A DNA stretch of 55,318 nt, the filler included, from Sphacelaria rigidula (Eukaryota), in the NCBI GenBank assembly GCA_964200075.2. It is 5 parts of 5 records of this genome, joined end to end, with 100 filler letters (N's around TTAATTAATTAA, not from the genome) between each part and the next. Parts side by side here need not be neighbours in the genome. Positions count along the whole stretch, not along the records: positions 44,336 to 55,318 come from CAXNAA020005579.1; 4 more parts are not named here. One strand, given 5' to 3'. Shown here piece after piece: positions 50,238 to 55,318 of this stretch (position 1 is its first letter; every line of letters begins with the position of its first letter). The notes below the pieces were generated by a model, which saw only the letters and a list, made by a program, of their open reading frames with translations, did no database searches and had not been told where the DNA came from. The translations under genes were made by a program, and so were the position numbers.

Positions 50238-50335
50238 TGGAGTGTCTGCAATTTGGTTTGGTTTAGGTAATATCGGGTACCTTTTTATGGAGTGTCCGCA
50301 ATTTGGTTTGGTTTAGCTAATCCCGGGTACCTTTT
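50238..50335. repeat. 50-bp tandem duplication
   Basis: TGGAGTGTCYGCAATTTGGTTTGGTTTAG starts at 50238 and 50288. Confidence 0.9.
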
Positions 50336-51939
50336 CATAGCATTCTGGTAGCAGGGTCATTACCTTGGTGCCACTAAATAGGATCCCCATTTTATCCCAC
50401 ACTGGTAATCGATCGTATGGTTTGCTATTCACCAGGTTGACCTCTTGACGCACCCTGTACCGTAGTTGGATACTACCTTGTTCCTTCGCGGTACCGTAGT
50501 TGGGTAATACATTATTCAGTTGTTTCAAACTTGGTTTTCGATATCATGCTGCCACTCATCTTCCCGTGGATTGCCTTGTCATTACTTATTTAGTACCCAG
50601 ACGTACGTAGTTTCCCTATTTGGTCTTTTTGCCCTTCATGCCCAGCCTACCATGCAAGTTGACTGCGCGACTATCTATATATTTTCTGACGGTCCTTACA
50701 GGCCCTACATATAGTTTTTAGACACTTGTGTCGCTGACATGGTCGCTGGACCCCCTTGGAGGGGGCGAAGCACGAGTGCCATATTTTTTTCTGGTTGTTG
50801 TCTCGCGTGCACACCCTTTGCCACAAAACAACGCGGTTTCCCACCATGAGAACGCTGTATGATCAGGAAAGAAATGCACAAGCTTCTTGACCGAGGTGTT
50901 GCTCACCCAACGTTCCCCGGGAAAGGTTGTCGACTACACGATTTTGTGTTCAGTGAAATTCGCCAAGTTCGCCAAATTTATCTTTACTGCAGGGTCTCAC
51001 AGGTTCCTTAGCCTGTTGATCGATAATGCCGGCATCCAAATACTCAGACGCCACGTCCATACAATCGAGAAACTACGTTCGTTTCTAAAACCACCAGGTA
51101 CCTTGGACAGTTTGTCCAGGAGCGTAGCATTCTAGTCGCCCTGCTGACCGATATTCTAAATAAGTAGGAAAGCCAACAGTATTGCTGCACGATGTAGGTA
51201 AACGCGCGCTCTCCTTTTGCTGTCAAACTCTTGTGCCGTATAACTGCAGCAAGACTTCACCACCACAATCCGGTCGTCTCATGGTGGCTCAGCTAGGATA
51301 TGGCATACGAACTAGACTCTCGCACAATGAGCATCAATGTACAACTCATGCGTGTGAGGGCATGTTTCTTGTCATTTCTGTGCTTTGTCTCGGTATATTT
51401 AGTACAACGTACCTCATTCTTATATTTTTGCTCAGCATGCCTATTTTATTTTATTTTCGCCATTATCTCTACAGTTTCACAGGGTTCGAGAACCGAGGGG
51501 GACGGCTGCTGAAGAGGTTACATAATTGTACAAATCTTGGCCCCAGAAATAGTACGTTTCACGCACACTCTTGAGCAATCGTACCCTACCCGACGACCTG
51601 ACGCCATGCTATCGTCTGACACATTCCCCTTCGAGCTCTGGACTGGCCGTAAATATTAAACACGTACCACCGCTGTCTCAATAGCAAGAAGTTCCTTCCA
51701 TATCCGCCCACCCTATCCGAAACACCTCATACCCGAAGTGTTTGCGTCTCACCTTGAGGGGGACCAAACTGGAACGCCACACCCACATTCCACCTGACCC
51801 CTGAATTTGTGTCGTGTTGGACTGCATTGCCTGTATCTGTCACCATGTTGGATTGTCGAGAACTCTACGTTGTTTCAGGCACTGACGGGTGGGGAAAAGG
51901 GAAAGACTTCAAAGGGGGGGGGGGGCGTACCTATTTGTT

Positions 51940-52430
51940 TCGAGCATCCAAGTAATTCCCTCAGCTGCTGTAAGCTGCACTGTTCCCTAACTCCTTCACC
52001 AACTTCACTTCATCCAAGTAGTTTCTGAGCTGTTGCACTCTGTACTGTTTTCATCTTCACTATTTTTATTGCATCCAAGTATTATTTTCTTTGCTGCCAT
52101 TTGCACCGTTTCCGCATCAAAGTATTCTCTTAGCTGCGGCCAGCTGCACTGTTTCCAGTTGTTTCATCATTTTCACCCCTCGCTTTGCCATGTCTCATGC
52201 TTGTATCAGGTCATCGAAGAATACCTCGGTTAGAGAGGGTGATAAAGTACATCGTGGTGCGACTCCTTAAAAAATATCAAAATACTTTGATATTCCCCTG
52301 TCTAGCACCGTCGCACTTTTGGCACATTTCTTTCGTCTTAATCGTCCACACCTTTCCTTTGATCACAGTTCCTCATATATTTTCCCACAATCCATTGCTC
52401 CATACTGCGTCATAAGCCTTTTGCACTTGT
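51940..52430 (-). mobile_element. Fragments of LINE family A
   Basis: Repeated GCATCCAAGTA..TTC..TGCTGC pieces like 45020-45050, and an RT segment (VQKAYDAVWSNGLW..CAKSATVLDRG) like 45640-45790. Confidence 0.65.
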
Positions 52431-52509
52431 ATCACCTCACAGTTTCCTCGACCCCGCCATCGCACTCGAAGCACCCCGCTTCCCCACGTAGTGATGCCTT
52501 GAGGCTTTT

Positions 52510-52644
52510 GCCACATGTGCTACCTCCTGGAAAGGTCACATCAGTGCCGAGTTGAAGCACCACGTGTATGATTATGGGAATTTCTTTCGGTGAGTACGAT
52601 ACGAAGATGGAGACTGGAAACAGCCATCTCGCTTGGAAGTTTAG
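52510..52644 (+). pseudogene. Tudor-like (xYEDGDxEEL-type) domain remnant
   Basis: HVYDYGNFFR*VRYEDGDWKQPSRLEV*. Confidence 0.35.
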
Positions 52645-53392
52645 CGCCCCACGCTGAAACGGAACGGAGGAGCCAAAGAATAGACTGCAGCCATGGACGT
52701 GTGCGAATGGCTGTTGTGTGATGGGGTACACGATATCATTGCGAGAAGAATACGGTAGTGAAATAAGGGAATATGTAACTATATGTTGCTGCTACCGTAC
52801 GCTTCAGTCATGAATTTCGAGTGTTCCTTGCTTTTTTCTTGTGCCGCTGTGTTATCGATTACTTCTCATTTGGTGACATACGGGCACATGTGTGAGCCAA
52901 GGCGCGTAGGCTCTATTTCCAGTAGAATAGGTATCGGTAGTTACAGAAGAGCACCCCTCAAAAGCTGCACTCTTGTGAATATTGATCAGTTCGCGGAAAG
53001 GTTGTTTTTAGCGAGGTTTAAGCCCCGCACTACCCTAGAATCCAGTCTAACTGATCCAGGGTGTCGACGCGCGATCACGCTAACTAGCCGATCGTTCTTC
53101 AGTCTAACTGAGATCCCGGGAAAACGACAGCGACCGTACTTGTCTGCTGTTTCTGTCGTTGGAAAGGGCGTTAAAGATTATTTTCCTTTCCTAACGGATG
53201 GAGTTTTCCCCTGCTTATCAGGATTTACCCATTCATTAGATCTGCAACAAGTTTTCTCCTGTACTGTAATTCAGCAGGTTTCTTTCGTTTTACTTTCAGG
53301 CGTATGATGCACAGGCTTTGTTTTTGTTCTGGCCCTTCCAGCCCTCCAATAAATTTGTGTGTAGCCATATAAATATGGCTAGGGCGATGTTA

Positions 53393-53842
53393 CAGATTTA
53401 TTGGTCATGATCCAGTCGACTGGGTTCCATTTGTCATACTTTGTCATGCTCGGTACCTGATGGGTCATACTACATTGTTTGATTGAATTGAGCTGCCTGC
53501 CCCCTTTGGGTCACAGCGTTTTGGACTATGCATCTCAACTAGCAAAGCACAAGTTGGCCTGTACGCCAATAATACAAGAGCATCTATACCATCAGGGACT
53601 GCTATCTCAGAGGATTCTCTGGTCTTCACAAAATGTAAGCTTGACCTCCATGCAACACTTGTTGTGCTGCAGCCTGCGCGGCTTATGGCATGACACGTGA
53701 CCACTGGTGCGGTGGCTGACTTTACAGCCGATAATATCGAACTCAATGGTTGCGATACTAAAGACTGTGTTTGGGCCTGCTAGCCCCGGTGCCCACTGAA
53801 CTGGCATCTTCCTACCCAGGTGGTAAGTATCGTACCATGACA
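53393..53842 (+). pseudogene. Decayed coding fragment of unknown family, copy 2
   Basis: See copy 1; shared block GGACTGCTATCTCAGAGGA...TGGTCTTCACAAA. Confidence 0.5.
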
Positions 53843-53939
53843 CAAAAGCAGGGGAGCGAGGGAAGTAGGATTCTTGGTCGAGGAGTATCTGTGTGACAGT
53901 AGAGATGTGATCGACGACACGTAATTCGACGAGAGCATA

Positions 53940-55318
53940 TATATTATGGTCAAGGGTACCAGGAGAGCGGGGAACGACGGATTCCTTCGTAGGTAACATC
54001 TACATGCCCCCGGAATCGAAGAGTAGGGTGGACGGTATTCAGCGTAGGTTTGAAGAGATAGCACTAGATTTACATAAGAATACATTCCAAGGAGAAGTAA
54101 TGTTAGTGGGAGATTTTAATGCAAGCGTATGAAGAGCAGGTCAACCGGGCGATATCATTGGCCAATACGGGGAAGATAAGAAGATCATGAATGGGGTAGA
54201 AATGCTGATGTTGCTCAGGCATAACGAGATAAAGACACTGAACGATAGAGCACAAGAGCCAGAGGCGCAATGGACATGGACCAGGAAATGCAAAGGGAAA
54301 AAGGAAGAAGACTCCGTTTTTGACGAAACACTGGCAGAGCATGGGAATGGTGAAAAAATGGAGGTACATGTATGCACGGGGAACGCGGTAACCACAGATT
54401 ATTGCCTAACATGGACAAAAAGCCAATGGACGAGAGCTGAAAGAGATATGGCGGGGTAGGAAGTTGTACAAATGGAGAATCGAAAGACTAGATATGGAAG
54501 AGAAACGACAAGAGTTCCAAGAAGAGATGGCCCACAATGAAGTGAAGTTTTCTGAGCTGTTGGAACGCGTAGGTACAGTTGATACCGAACGAAAAAGAAC
54601 TTGAGCAGGAGCGGAGGAAGGATAGTAACAGATGGTCAAGGACACAGCGAGTGAAATCATAGGGAGGAAACCGGTCGTATGCAACAGAGCAATAAAATGG
54701 TGGGATGAGGAGGTGAAAGAGACTAAGAGATTTAGGAGAGAGGCCCGCGCGAGATGGATGTCGAACAAAGCTACAGGAGGATGCGAGGAGAATACTAAAG
54801 CTCGAAAGAAAGTGAAAAATACGTTACAGCAGAAGAAGGAAGTTTGGGAGGGTGTAGTGAATATAACAAATGGAGAGTTCGACGGTGGGATGAAACAAAT
54901 GTGGGCAGGGATAAAATGAATAACAAGAAACCAGGCAGGAACGATGGACAAGGAGAAAGCTACACTCCGGGCACAGAGCGGTAAAGTGGTCAGTAGTTCG
55001 AGGGGAAAGAGAAAATTGCTGGTCGAGCACTACCGTGAATTATAAAGTTTGACAAGAAATCAACGCGTGGGCGACGGCAAATGTAGAGACGTCGAAACGG
55101 GAGGATAGAGGCTCGACAGAAGTGCAGAGAGAGTTTACCAGAGATGAAGTCAAGGAGTGCGTAGCTAAACTCAAGAACAAAAAGGCAGCAGGGGCAGACG
55201 GAGTAGTGAAAAAAATCTCAAGTATAGGAGAGAGGAAAATGATTACGATGATGATAAAATGTTGTCCATAGATGAAGATGCGGGGTAGAAGGCAAAAGTA
55301 AGAGATATGATCGAAATA
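53940..55318 (+). mobile_element. Degenerate LINE family A (endonuclease to RT start, internally deleted)
   Basis: GNIYMPPES, VMLVGDFNA, IKWWDEEVKE, LKNKKAAGADG; the last 60 bp match the element at 1-624. Confidence 0.85.

Noticed and set aside
50900-51130. Possible hAT dimerisation motif on the minus strand (VPGGFRNERSFS); similarly TRWGS near 940-965
   Set aside because: Single short motifs without supporting context.

Overview
Eukaryotic, repeat-rich genomic DNA, most consistent with a brown alga (inferred from intron-rich genes, TTAGGG repeats and the TE repertoire). The window is not one locus. It is five unrelated contigs of nearly equal length (1-10985, 11086-22069, 22170-33152, 33253-44235, 44336-55318) joined by an artificial 100-nt N44-TTAATTAATTAA-N44 linker. 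Two real spliced genes are partly visible: transportin-1/importin-beta2 (+ strand, 5 exons, 11220-19652) and an LRRC34-like leucine-rich-repeat gene (- strand, 5 exons, 22826-27518). The rest is mostly decayed mobile DNA: two LINE families, tRNA-derived SINEs, a Ty3/gypsy chromovirus-like element, copia, possible DIRS and piggyBac remnants, and many MITEs (Sola-, hAT-, Tc1/mariner- and piggyBac-like). The most striking feature is a ~1.1-kb foldback inside the large transportin intron. It is made of two diverged, decayed DOT1-like (H3K79 methyltransferase) coding fragments fused head-to-head at a perfect palindrome, a candidate intronic hairpin/small-RNA source. Also notable are a short retroposon family that inserts specifically at poly-G/C tracts and an RTE-like insertion with a 59-bp target-site duplication. 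All family assignments are by eye from motifs, with no database searches.
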